Source of the DNA: a phage
Reading direction: 5' to 3' (one strand)
NCBI GenBank assembly: GCA_014816185.1
Contig: GCA_014816185.1_4095.1
DNA: 64,000 bases
Numbering within the stretch: position 1 is the stretch's first letter; every line of letters begins with the position of its first letter. A program made the position numbers and the translations under genes. This document shows, piece by piece, positions 10,025 through 19,312 of the stretch. Below the pieces are notes generated by a model. It saw only the letters and a list, made by a program, of their open reading frames with translations, had not been told where the DNA came from and made no database searches.

Positions 10025-10333
10025 ATGTCACAGATATGTTATGTTATAATAAACTCTGCATGGCCTGACTATGTTAAGATTGGTTTCACTTCTAAATCTG
10101 AAATGACAGAGCGATTGAGAACGTATCAGACAGCTACCCCGTTTCGTGATTTTGAAGTTTATCATGAAGTTCACTTTGAAGACGCACGTTTAGCTGAAAA
10201 AGAGATACATAAAAGGCTTAAACAAATGAATGCAACTAGACAACCAAACACAGAGTGGTTTAAAATGTCTAAAAAGATAGCAGCAAACATCATTGATTCT
10301 GTGTGGGATGATATGGATAACGACTTGCTATAG
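10025..10333 (+). CDS. T5orf172 (GIY-YIG-like) domain protein
   Basis: ORF 10007-10333, start ATG 10025 after GGAGA; CYVIINSAWPDYVKIGFTS ... RLRTYQTATPF ... EWFKMS matches the T5orf172/MUG113 domain pattern. Confidence 0.65.
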   Translation: MSQICYVIINSAWPDYVKIGFTSKSEMTERLRTYQTATPFRDFEVYHEVHFEDARLAEKEIHKRLKQMNATRQPNTEWFKMSKKIAANIIDSVWDDMDNDLL

Positions 10334-10373
10334 GAATAAATATAGTATATATTAATCATAAAGGGATTTATAC

Positions 10374-11984
10374 ATGAGCATAAGTTTTAATAACCCATTG
10401 GATACAATGACCAGTACTGGTGCTAATGGATCTTTAGAACTAATAGTGCTTGGTGGTACACCAACTAACCCAAGACCTATTCGTTTTAATTCGTCATCAG
10501 TTATTATACCAGTACAAACGTTACCTACTGGTGAACAAGGTGCAATGGTTTTTGATCGAAACGAATTAGTTTTGAAGTATCATAACGGTACAAGTTGGAT
10601 TGCAGTATATGATACTGATACTATTTTGGAACCAATTAGAATTTCATTAGATGAAGTAAACAGAAAATTAAATTTAAAAGTAGAAAGTGTAACATACAGT
10701 AGCAGTACTGTTCCTAGTGCAAGTATTAGTGGAACAAACTTAAACATTGTATTCCCTACTGCTTCTAGTGGTGGTTCTGGTCCAACTGGTCTTTACACTT
10801 CACTTAAACCTGGTGCTATTACACAATATTCATTGACTTCTGGTCAATCTGTTGCTAGTATACGTGAACAAATGTCAGGGCAATCGAATGGACAAAGTGG
10901 ACGAAACGGTTCACAAGGTGCTCCGTGGAAAACGTCTGACGGTTGGTGTTTTGCTGATGGTATGTGGTGGCAATGGGAGGGGGAAAATGGTACAATTACC
11001 AAACAAGTACCAAACCTTAACCAAAACGCGTATTTAAAAGGTATAACAACATCAGGTGTAACTAAAACTGATAGTGTTATTGGTAGTAGTGGTAACATTA
11101 GTGGAACTGTATTGAGTGTTGCCCAGTTACCATCACACTCATTTAGTTTTAGTGGAACCACTGGTGCTGCTGGTCGTCATGGTCATAGTCAAGCACTAAA
11201 AGGTATGGACCGTAGTGGTCTAAATGCGTTAACTTCAAGTAATGATAACGGTATACCAACTGTAATCAATAACATTAACGAAGCACCAGACCACATTCAC
11301 TCATTTAGTGGAAACACTAACACACTTGGTGGAAACCAACCACACTATCATGGTATTAGCAACATTGATGTGGAACACTTTAACGTTGCATACCTATATA
11401 ACATTGCTGAATCTAACGTCGCATTGAGTGAAAAAGTTGCAAACACTCGTTATGTACTAAAAACTGGTGATACAATGACTGGTTCATTGACTATTGCAAA
11501 CAGTGCGTCAATTAAGTCAAATGATACATCATTAGTTCTATATTTCCGTAACGCAAGCGGTGGTGAGCGTGCGGCAGTGTATCATAACTCTTCAAATAAT
11601 ACATTGAGATTACGTTCCGGTGGAGCAGAAGTTACTGTAAACTCTTCTGGTACTTTAGCTGCTCCATCATTAACTGTTTCTAACAACTCAGCTACTGTTG
11701 GTGGTAAAAATATTGTTCGTTCAATTAACGGTACTGCTGCTGATGCTAGTGGCAACGTTACTTTGCAAATTAGTACTAATAACGTACAAAGTATTCGTTT
11801 GAGTGCACGTATTGAAACAAGTAAAATACCTGATTCTTCATGGACATATACACCAGAAGGTGCATTTATGGATGGCGTATGGATTTCTGTTAATGGTAGT
11901 TCAGGCACTCACTTAGAACGAATTAGTTATCGCTATGTTCAAATGCAAATAAATGGTAACTGGGAAACAGTACGTCAACAATAA
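10374..11984 (+). CDS. tail fibre-like protein with HxH motifs
   Basis: 536 aa, Ser/Thr/Gly/Asn-rich; HxH motifs (GRHGHSQ, DHIHSF, PHYHGI) reminiscent of metal-binding HxH repeats in T4 gp12/gp37; followed by a Tfa-like chaperone. Confidence 0.55.
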   Translation: MSISFNNPLDTMTSTGANGSLELIVLGGTPTNPRPIRFNSSSVIIPVQTLPTGEQGAMVFDRNELVLKYHNGTSWIAVYDTDTILEPIRISLDEVNRKLNLKVESVTYSSSTVPSASISGTNLNIVFPTASSGGSGPTGLYTSLKPGAITQYSLTSGQSVASIREQMSGQSNGQSGRNGSQGAPWKTSDGWCFADGMWWQWEGENGTITKQVPNLNQNAYLKGITTSGVTKTDSVIGSSGNISGTVLSVAQLPSHSFSFSGTTGAAGRHGHSQALKGMDRSGLNALTSSNDNGIPTVINNINEAPDHIHSFSGNTNTLGGNQPHYHGISNIDVEHFNVAYLYNIAESNVALSEKVANTRYVLKTGDTMTGSLTIANSASIKSNDTSLVLYFRNASGGERAAVYHNSSNNTLRLRSGGAEVTVNSSGTLAAPSLTVSNNSATVGGKNIVRSINGTAADASGNVTLQISTNNVQSIRLSARIETSKIPDSSWTYTPEGAFMDGVWISVNGSSGTHLERISYRYVQMQINGNWETVRQQ

Positions 11985-11994
11985 GGAATGTGTA

Positions 11995-12510
11995 ATGCAA
12001 CTAACAAATTTTAAGATGTATGAAAAAGAAGGTGGTAATCCTAATTCTTTGTATATGATGTCCGATGAAGGTATGGATTGGTATGAATCTCGTGAATTGT
12101 TTGACATTAATAAAGCAAAATTTATGTATGATATTAACGGTTTAATTGTTTCAGCATCATATAACATTTATGATCTAGTACCTTTAGGTTTTAGTGTTTC
12201 TGAAATTGAATATGATGGTGATATTAACAAACTTTATGGTATGGTTTACGATGGAAATACTATTCATGACTATATTGAAACTAAAGAAGAAAAAATTGAA
12301 CGCCTAAAAAATGAATTATCTAATTTGAAATACATTGCAATTCAAGAACTTGGACACTTAAAAACTGCTATGGATCTTGAGTTAGCAACTGATGAAGAAG
12401 CTGTATTGTTTGTAAAATTGAAAGATTATGTAACGCAATTGAATTCAATCAAACCAGCAGACATGATCAAGAAAACATTTTCATTTCCAGTTAAACCGGA
12501 AAAAAAATGA
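11995..12510 (+). CDS. tail fibre assembly chaperone (Tfa-like)
   Basis: ORF 11953-12510; start ATG 11995 after AAGGA; C-terminal ATDEEAVLFVKLKDYVTQLNSIKPADMIKKTFSFPVKPE resembles the conserved Tfa C-terminus. Confidence 0.6.
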   Translation: MQLTNFKMYEKEGGNPNSLYMMSDEGMDWYESRELFDINKAKFMYDINGLIVSASYNIYDLVPLGFSVSEIEYDGDINKLYGMVYDGNTIHDYIETKEEKIERLKNELSNLKYIAIQELGHLKTAMDLELATDEEAVLFVKLKDYVTQLNSIKPADMIKKTFSFPVKPEKK

Positions 12511-12536
12511 GACAACACGTAAAGACGTGATACAAT
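12508..12536 (+). promoter_or_regulatory. sigma70-like early promoter (TGAGAC -35, TGnTACAAT -10)
   Basis: TGAGAC 12508-12513, 17-nt spacer, TG-a-TACAAT 12528-12536; member of a recurring motif family. Confidence 0.45.
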
Positions 12537-12544
12537 TAAGTCAT

Positions 12545-12575
12545 CTCACCGATTGTGGTGAGGTGACATTTTTTT
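12545..12575 (+). terminator. hairpin plus T7 tract
   Basis: CTCACC-gattgt-GGTGAG then TTTTTTT (12569-12575); downstream of the Tfa gene. Confidence 0.6.
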
Positions 12576-12600
12576 GAAAACACACATGGAGAAATACAAA

Positions 12601-12903
12601 ATGGCTAAATCTAAAAAAGAAGTTAAAGTTGAAATTCGTGATCTAAACGATGAACAACGTAAACGTCTCGGTGACGCACTTAACAACATTGTTGTACAAC
12701 TAACTTTCATTGATGATACCAAAGCATCCTTATCTGATTTTGTTTCTAGTGTTTCTGATGAACTTGGTATCGATGCATCTGATATCAAACAAGCTGCACA
12801 ACGTATGTACAAAGGTGATTACTTTGACAAACAAAATAAACTCGATAATATCGAAACTATTCTTAGTGTTACTAATAATCTTCCACAAGCAGATGATTAC
12901 TAA
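12601..12903 (+). CDS. hypothetical protein (about 100 aa)
   Basis: ORF 12574-12903; likely start ATG 12601 after GGAGAAA. Confidence 0.5.
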   Translation: MAKSKKEVKVEIRDLNDEQRKRLGDALNNIVVQLTFIDDTKASLSDFVSSVSDELGIDASDIKQAAQRMYKGDYFDKQNKLDNIETILSVTNNLPQADDY

Positions 12904-12925
12904 TTAGTACTAAAATATATTAAAT

Positions 12926-12953
12926 AGCCTCCAATGACGGAGGCTTTCTTTTT
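12926..12953 (+). terminator. Rho-independent terminator
   Basis: AGCCTCC-aatgac-GGAGGCT followed by TTCTTTTT. Confidence 0.7.
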
Positions 12954-12982
12954 AACTTAATAAACGTAAGGGAATACAAACG

Positions 12983-15900
12983 ATGTATATCGATGCTTAT
13001 ATGGAACGTAAACGTACTGGTGATATTCTTCATGTAGTTGAACGTAAGAATGGTAAACGTATTCTACGCGAATTAGATCCAGTATATGAATATTATGTTG
13101 AATCCCCACAAGGAACACATAAAACTGTTTATGGTACAATGGCTAAACATTTTGAGTTTCAAACTCAAGCTCAAATGAATAAAAGTGTAGAGCAACACAA
13201 AAGTGAAGGTCTACGTATTTTTGAAAGTGATTGTAACATTACATTTAAAACATTAGCTAAAGAATATATGGGAAAAGGTTCACCCGATTTGAACATCGTG
13301 TTCTTCGATATCGAGACTGATTTCCATAAGAAATTTGGTTATGCTCCACCATCAGATCCGTTTAACCGAGTAACCGCTATTTCTCTATATCAATCATGGA
13401 CTGGAAAGGATTATGTACTTACTTTACCACCTGCTGATATGGAAATTTATGAAGCACAAGATATTGTTCGCCAACTAAATGAAGAAACAAACGATCCTAA
13501 CAGTACTGTAATTTTATATACAGACGAAAAGGAAATGTTTATGGAATTCTTTAGTTTAATTGATGATTCTGATGTTATTTCAGGATGGAATAGTGAATTC
13601 TTTGATATTCCATATATGATCAATCGAACTAAAAAAATCTTCAATGAAGCAACAACTGCTCGTTGGTGTTTATGGAATAAAAAACCAAATTCACGTGAAG
13701 CAGACAACTTTGGTAAAACTGTTCAAACATATGATCTGGTAGGTCGCGTCCATCTTGATTATTTGGCTTTGTATAAGAAACATGCTGGTCAAGTTGAACA
13801 ATCTTATAAACTAGATTATATTGCTGAAAAAGTAACTAAAGAAAATAAAGTATCCTATGAAGGTTCATTGGATAAACTTTACAGAGAGGATTACATTACT
13901 TTCTTGCGTTATTCTAAACAGGATAGTATTCTTCTTAAAAAGATTGATGCTAAATGTGACTATATCAACCTACACAATCGACTTGCACACAAAGAATGTG
14001 TACTTATCAGTACAACAATGGGTTCAGTAGCACTAATCGACACTGCTATTATCAACTTAGCACATACTCGTGGTGAAGTTGTTTTCAACAAAGCACCGAA
14101 AGATGATCTTGAGTTTGATCCAGAAATGGAATATTATGGTGAAGATGGTGAAGAAGAAGATGAGAAAATTAGTGCAAAAGCAGCAGGTGCATGGGTACAA
14201 GATCCAGTACTAGGACTTGTAAGTGACCTTGGGTGTACTGACTTTAACTCTCTTTACCCTACTGTTCTACGTACTTTAGGTATGAGTACTGAATGTATTC
14301 TTGGTCAATTACGTCAAGATTACACCGATGCGTATCTTGCAGCTAAAATCCAAGAACAGAAGAACAAATCTAAATCTAAATCATTTGAACCAGATTGGAC
14401 TGCGGCATGGCATGGTTTATTTGCTGCTGTTGAATTTACAATGGTTCATGAAAAGTCAGAAGAAACATTGATTGTTGATTTAGAAGATGGGAGTTCTTTT
14501 AAAGCAACGGGCAAAGAGCTATATGATATTATTTTTGCAGAAGATAGTACTATTGTACTTAGTGCAAACGGAACACTTTTTGATAAGTCTAAGTCTGGTG
14601 TAATTCCTGACATTCTAACTCAATGGTATTCTGAACGTAAAGCACAGCAAAAAATGGTCATTGACTATAAACATATGTATACTGATGGTTGGGAGTTTAA
14701 TGGCTATGAAAAAGTCGAACCACTACTACCAAACTATACCCCTGGTACAATGTTTAGAACTAATATTCATGATAATGATCCTGTATACTTACTTCGTAAA
14801 GAAATTGGTAAAGGACAGTGGGATGAAGTTGCTAAGTTGATTGTAGAAAATGGATTAGTTCTAAAAGATGGTCGTATTTTCTGTCCTAAAGAAGAAAAAG
14901 ATTACTTCAAACAACGTAGTGCTTTCTGGAAACAGAACCAACAGATTCGTAAGATTCTTCTAAACAGTCTATATGGTGCACTATTGAACAAAGGTTCTCG
15001 TTTTTTTGACAAACGTTTAGGTCAATCCGTAACATTAACTGGACGTTCTATGACCAAACATATGGCAAGTCGTATCAATGAAATTACTACTGGTGTATAT
15101 AACCACCAAGGTGGTTCAGTAATTTATGGTGATACTGACTCAGTTTACTTTAGTGTAACTCATTATCTGAAAGAACAAGGTATTCCATATAATCTATCTA
15201 AAGAAGAGATTGTTGATATGTATATTAAAATTGGTGAAGAAGTTGGTGAATCTTTCCCATCATTTATGCATGAGATGTTCAACACTGGTATTGAAAAAGG
15301 TAAGATTGTTGGTGCAGACCTTGAGATGGTTGGTTCACGTGGCCTATTCTTGAAGAAAAAACGTTATGCAATTCTGAAGTACTGGGAAGATGGGTTCCGT
15401 AAAGATATTGATGGTAAACCTGGTGAAATCAAAGCGATGGGTCTTGAAATTAAACGTTCAGATACCCCAAAATACATCCAGAACTTCCTAGAAGAGACTC
15501 TAATTGCATTACTGGTAGGTGAGAGTGAACAACAGCTAAAACAGCGTGTACGTGAGTTTAAGGACGTATTTAAGGATATGCCAGTACATGAAAAAGGTTC
15601 ACCGAAAACTGTTAAAAACTACACCAACTTAGAGGCTGAATATCAGCTAACAGGTAAGTGTAAGGTTGGTCACGTTCTTGCAGGGATTCAATGGAACCGC
15701 CTACGTGAAGTTTATGATGATAAAACTGTACCAGAAGTAACTGATGGGACAAAAGTAATTGTCTGTAACTTAAAAGATAATCCTATGGGAATTAAAGCAG
15801 TTGGATATCCAATTGACTGTGTTGAGTATCTACCAGAATGGTTCTTAGAATTACCTTTTGATACTGAAAAAATGGAAGAGATTGTTCTAACTAAAAAATT

Positions 15901-15988
15901 AGAGAATATTTTTGGTATTTTGGATATGGATATTGGTATTCATGAAAAAAGTACTGCGTCAGTAAACAATGGATTCTTCACTTGGTAA
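12983..15988 (+). CDS. gp43: DNA polymerase, family B (T4 gp43-like)
   Basis: 1001 aa; exonuclease motif FFDIETDF, polymerase motif YGDTDSVYF, KKRYA motif. Confidence 0.93.
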   Translation: MYIDAYMERKRTGDILHVVERKNGKRILRELDPVYEYYVESPQGTHKTVYGTMAKHFEFQTQAQMNKSVEQHKSEGLRIFESDCNITFKTLAKEYMGKGSPDLNIVFFDIETDFHKKFGYAPPSDPFNRVTAISLYQSWTGKDYVLTLPPADMEIYEAQDIVRQLNEETNDPNSTVILYTDEKEMFMEFFSLIDDSDVISGWNSEFFDIPYMINRTKKIFNEATTARWCLWNKKPNSREADNFGKTVQTYDLVGRVHLDYLALYKKHAGQVEQSYKLDYIAEKVTKENKVSYEGSLDKLYREDYITFLRYSKQDSILLKKIDAKCDYINLHNRLAHKECVLISTTMGSVALIDTAIINLAHTRGEVVFNKAPKDDLEFDPEMEYYGEDGEEEDEKISAKAAGAWVQDPVLGLVSDLGCTDFNSLYPTVLRTLGMSTECILGQLRQDYTDAYLAAKIQEQKNKSKSKSFEPDWTAAWHGLFAAVEFTMVHEKSEETLIVDLEDGSSFKATGKELYDIIFAEDSTIVLSANGTLFDKSKSGVIPDILTQWYSERKAQQKMVIDYKHMYTDGWEFNGYEKVEPLLPNYTPGTMFRTNIHDNDPVYLLRKEIGKGQWDEVAKLIVENGLVLKDGRIFCPKEEKDYFKQRSAFWKQNQQIRKILLNSLYGALLNKGSRFFDKRLGQSVTLTGRSMTKHMASRINEITTGVYNHQGGSVIYGDTDSVYFSVTHYLKEQGIPYNLSKEEIVDMYIKIGEEVGESFPSFMHEMFNTGIEKGKIVGADLEMVGSRGLFLKKKRYAILKYWEDGFRKDIDGKPGEIKAMGLEIKRSDTPKYIQNFLEETLIALLVGESEQQLKQRVREFKDVFKDMPVHEKGSPKTVKNYTNLEAEYQLTGKCKVGHVLAGIQWNRLREVYDDKTVPEVTDGTKVIVCNLKDNPMGIKAVGYPIDCVEYLPEWFLELPFDTEKMEEIVLTKKLENIFGILDMDIGIHEKSTASVNNGFFTW

Positions 15989-15999
15989 GGAGTAATAAT

Positions 16000-16149
16000 A
16001 TGGTTATTGTAAATGAAATTGAACTAAACTATGACGAAGTAAACGATACTTTCACTAATGAGATGTTGAATCTTACTGAAGAAAGTGTAAATGAGGCATG
16101 GGAAAAATATGTAGAATGGACTTCATTACAAGGTAAAAATGATGAGTAA
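16000..16149 (+). CDS. small hypothetical protein (49 aa, below ORF-track threshold)
   Basis: ATG 16000 preceded by AAGGAG; stop overlaps start of next gene (ATGATGAGTAA). Confidence 0.25.
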   Translation: MVIVNEIELNYDEVNDTFTNEMLNLTEESVNEAWEKYVEWTSLQGKNDE

Positions 16150-16438
16150 TATATATAAGCGTATTGGTGAAGTATTAGAAGGTAATGGTATCATTAATTC
16201 TGTACTAGCATATGATAATGATGAAGAAGTAGTTCTAATTGGTGCGGGTTTTACTCGCACTGGTTCAGTGGAAGTTGACGGAGAGATTGCTGATGTTTAC
16301 ACTCTTGTGAAAAAGCGTAAAGTTGTTTTTGTCGATGATGTACATACATTAAAAGACTTGAAAAAATTACGAGATAAAATTGGCATGAGTTCTACAATTG
16401 ATAAGCCTTATCTTCAACGTTGGAATACAAAATACTGA
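16139..16438 (+). CDS. hypothetical protein (99 aa)
   Basis: Complete ORF; no recognisable motif. Confidence 0.5.
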   Translation: MMSNIYKRIGEVLEGNGIINSVLAYDNDEEVVLIGAGFTRTGSVEVDGEIADVYTLVKKRKVVFVDDVHTLKDLKKLRDKIGMSSTIDKPYLQRWNTKY

Positions 16439-16445
16439 TAAAAAA

Positions 16446-16475
16446 TTGAGACAAGCATCATTTTTGAGATATAAT
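16446..16475 (+). promoter_or_regulatory. sigma70-like early promoter
   Basis: TTGAGA 16446-16451, 18-nt spacer, TATAAT 16470-16475. Confidence 0.5.
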
Positions 16476-16539
16476 GGTGCTTGTAGTAATCTTACATAAA
16501 AACATTTTTTGATTAACAAATAAAACGGAGAATTATATA

Positions 16540-17271
16540 ATGGATCTACGCAACGTACTACGTGACCTCGTAAACACAACCAGTGGTATTGACTTCTCTT
16601 GTATTGCAGTAAGCAGTGAAGACCGTGGTGAAGGACAACGTGTATATCTAGAAGCGTACACAGATGACCGAACTCTTGTAATGCGAGCATATACTAAAGA
16701 AGATGTTCCTGAAGTTCAGGGTCGTTTTGGCTTAGGTAATCTAGGTCTTCTTCAGGGTCTAATGTCTCTAAAAACATACAGTACCGAAGGAACCACAATC
16801 ACATCAAATGTTAAAGATGGTTCAGTTAAAAGTCTGGCATTTAAATCTGAAGATGCAAGCACTACATTTATGGTACAAGCTGAAAAACTTATTCCAGTTC
16901 AACCACGTTTTCATGAACAACCATATGACGTACAGGTTATTCCTAGTGCAGCAAAAGTTCAGGAACTAAAGAGTTTTTCTGGTGTATTTAAATCTTTTAG
17001 TTCTCTTGTAACTCCGTATACTGAAGGCGACACCCTATACTTTCACGTTGGTGAGAAAAACAAAAGTAACCACGTTGGTTCTCTAGCTTTTTCTAAAACT
17101 GAAGGTGAATTAGGTCTTGGTTTTGGTTATAATATTGATCGCGTACTTCAAGCATTATCTCGCGTATCTAATGCCGAATCAGTATCACTTGGTATTACTA
17201 AAACTGGTATGCTAAATGTAACACTAGATACTGGAATTGCAGTATACAAATTTTACGTAACTGGCTGCTAA
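16540..17271 (+). CDS. hypothetical protein; possible sliding clamp (gp45-like)
   Basis: 243 aa, downstream of polymerase; size and C-terminal half loosely resemble T4 gp45; not a secure match. Confidence 0.35.
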   Translation: MDLRNVLRDLVNTTSGIDFSCIAVSSEDRGEGQRVYLEAYTDDRTLVMRAYTKEDVPEVQGRFGLGNLGLLQGLMSLKTYSTEGTTITSNVKDGSVKSLAFKSEDASTTFMVQAEKLIPVQPRFHEQPYDVQVIPSAAKVQELKSFSGVFKSFSSLVTPYTEGDTLYFHVGEKNKSNHVGSLAFSKTEGELGLGFGYNIDRVLQALSRVSNAESVSLGITKTGMLNVTLDTGIAVYKFYVTGC

Positions 17272-17279
17272 TATAAATA
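17272..17279 (+). promoter_or_regulatory. T4-type late promoter TATAAATA
   Basis: Exact TATAAATA directly followed by hairpin GGGGAACA-cta-TGTTCCCC (17282-17300). Confidence 0.45.
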
Positions 17280-17335
17280 ACGGGGAACACTATGTTCCCC
17301 AAATTAGTTTGATTTAAAAAGTAAAGGAATACAAA

Positions 17336-17542
17336 ATGCCATTATATACATATCGTTGTGAAAAAGAAGAATGCAAACATAGCATGGAAAAAATTGTTAA
17401 AATTGCAAATCGTGATGAACCTCATGATTGTCCTAAATGTAATGGTGAAAAAACTATGAAGTTGGAAGTGTTCACTCCAGGTGATAAGGGTGCTAATCTT
17501 TATTTCCGTGGAAAATGGTTTGCAAATACTGGAGGTTACTGA
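17336..17542 (+). CDS. zinc-ribbon protein (CxxC...CxxC)
   Basis: 68 aa; YRCEKEEC ... CPKCNG; RBS AAAGGAA. Confidence 0.6.
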   Translation: MPLYTYRCEKEECKHSMEKIVKIANRDEPHDCPKCNGEKTMKLEVFTPGDKGANLYFRGKWFANTGGY

Positions 17543-17543
17543 T

Positions 17544-17843
17544 ATGAAAATTAAAATGATTAATGATTACGTTCTTGTTCGACAAATTGAAGCACAGAAT
17601 AAAAGTACTGGTGGTATTATTCTAGGTAATGTTGAACCACCATGTATTGGGATGGTAATTTCCGTTGGTCCAGGTAAAATTCTTCCGAACGGACAACTTG
17701 CAGAACATAATATTAAAGAAGGTGATATGGTTGTGTTTGGTCGTTCATCTTTGAACACACCACTGACTGAAGATCTTGGTGGCGGCGAAGATACATATTA
17801 TGTAATGAAAATCGAAGAGATTTTTGGTAAGAAAAATGGCTAA
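17544..17843 (+). CDS. groES: co-chaperonin GroES (Hsp10) homologue
   Basis: ORF 17481-17843; start ATG 17544 after GGAGG; DYVLVRQIEAQNKSTGGIIL ... VGPGKILPNGQ ... IKEGDMVVF aligns with E. coli GroES. Confidence 0.85.
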   Translation: MKIKMINDYVLVRQIEAQNKSTGGIILGNVEPPCIGMVISVGPGKILPNGQLAEHNIKEGDMVVFGRSSLNTPLTEDLGGGEDTYYVMKIEEIFGKKNG

Positions 17844-18561
17844 AAAGAAATTTATTCCATTTTGGATGGTCCCTGCTCACTGGGGACTTTCTGGAAAGGC
17901 AAAAGAGATAGCTAAAGCATACTACTACAATGATGATTATGAAGCTGATATGAAAGTTGCTGAATTGACATATCTAACTCCATATGAAGTTGAAGTGGCC
18001 CAATTGGATATTAAAAAGAAATATAGCGTAATTGGAGATTTGGAATATCTAATTGCTGTACTTGATGTTGAACTAAAATATTCTAAAATTACTCGTGAAC
18101 AGTATGATGTTAAAGTTCTTGATGCAAAACTAAGTATTGGAGTTATTACAGAAAAAGAATATGATATGGAAATCATTGAGTTAATGCCAGAAGGTGATGA
18201 AAAAAGGCTTAAGGCTATTGAATTTGCATATCGTTACGATGAAATCACACAAAGTGAATATTCTAAGGAAATATACACACTTCGTAAAGAACCTTGGATT
18301 GATTTGGATGTTGTTCTTGATCCTGAAACTAATGAAGTTGAGTTTGTATTTGACTATAATGAATATTTCTGGAAAAAGTTGAAAGCTGAAGGTCATCCAG
18401 GAAATGATGAAGAAGAAATTATCGATAACTTTGTGAGAGACTTGGGGCGTAAACTTGCTACGGATGATTTCAGTGATGATTACGACACAAAGCTGGTGAG
18501 TGCGAACGAAGGATTAGACAAGCTACCTGGTTTGCCTGAAGGATTTCGTTCATATAGATAA
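17836..18561 (+). CDS. hypothetical protein (about 240 aa)
   Basis: ORF 17824-18561; probable start ATG 17836, overlapping groES stop. Confidence 0.5.
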   Translation: MAKKKFIPFWMVPAHWGLSGKAKEIAKAYYYNDDYEADMKVAELTYLTPYEVEVAQLDIKKKYSVIGDLEYLIAVLDVELKYSKITREQYDVKVLDAKLSIGVITEKEYDMEIIELMPEGDEKRLKAIEFAYRYDEITQSEYSKEIYTLRKEPWIDLDVVLDPETNEVEFVFDYNEYFWKKLKAEGHPGNDEEEIIDNFVRDLGRKLATDDFSDDYDTKLVSANEGLDKLPGLPEGFRSYR

Positions 18562-18565
18562 CATA

Positions 18566-18600
18566 TAAAAAAAGGAGAGCAAATGCTCTCCTTTTCTTTT
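18566..18600. terminator. bidirectional Rho-independent terminator
   Basis: A-run, GGAGAGC-aaat-GCTCTCC, T-run; between convergent genes. Confidence 0.75.
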
Positions 18601-18608
18601 GAAAAATA

Positions 18609-19298
18609 TTAAACCAATGCTGGGATGTATTGGAAAAGTTTAACACCGAAATCACCTGCTGCATCAGCAGATTGGGAACGTAGGTAAACTTCGGTAACAC
18701 CATCTTTAGCAAGTAGTGGAACACCAGTTAGATCATCAATTAGTAGACGGCCTTCTTCGGATTCAGTACTTGGTACACCTTGTGGTGATTTAAGATCTTT
18801 GTTAAAGACACCCGCACGTTCAACTAGGAAGGTAACAACAGAAGCATCAGCAATACTAACTGAACCTGCACTCAATACACCATCAGGTGCGTTGGTGAAA
18901 CCAGTAACTGGAAATACTTCAAGACCATTACCTGCGATGTTAGAGGTAGCGATGATAACCGCACGTTGTTGAACAACATCGACAATACGTTTAACGTTAG
19001 TTTGTGCTGCATAAGATGCATTGTAATCAGCTTCTAGTGTGCCAAGAACAAATGCAGTTCCATCAATACGTTTGATACCTTTATCATTTAGATATGCTAG
19101 AATTTCTTCTGGAATATCAGTGTTTAGAAAACGTTGTAGACCAGCATAAGAAGAAACTGCACCAGTAACTAGAACGTTTACGTCTCCTAGCTTACTGATA
19201 GCAATGGATGCTAGGGCGTTAGTGCCACAAAAGTAACCTAGAATACGTTCAAAGGAATAACCATTGATACGTTCAAAAGAAGTATTAGTATATGACAT
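18609..19298 (-). CDS. putative virion structural protein (paralogue A)
   Basis: 229 aa; perfect SD AGGAGGA 6 nt upstream; shares QQRAV..TS and F-x-ER-x-VFNK blocks with the adjacent upstream ORF. Confidence 0.6.
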   Translation of the reverse strand: MSYTNTSFERINGYSFERILGYFCGTNALASIAISKLGDVNVLVTGAVSSYAGLQRFLNTDIPEEILAYLNDKGIKRIDGTAFVLGTLEADYNASYAAQTNVKRIVDVVQQRAVIIATSNIAGNGLEVFPVTGFTNAPDGVLSAGSVSIADASVVTFLVERAGVFNKDLKSPQGVPSTESEEGRLLIDDLTGVPLLAKDGVTEVYLRSQSADAAGDFGVKLFQYIPALV

Positions 19299-19312
19299 AA
19301 TCTATCCTCCTA

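Noticed and set aside
12983-15988. Intein or intron in the 1001-aa DNA polymerase (about 100 aa longer than T4 gp43)
   Set aside because: No intein splice-junction motifs or homing-endonuclease blocks seen; extra length is distributed, including an acidic insertion.
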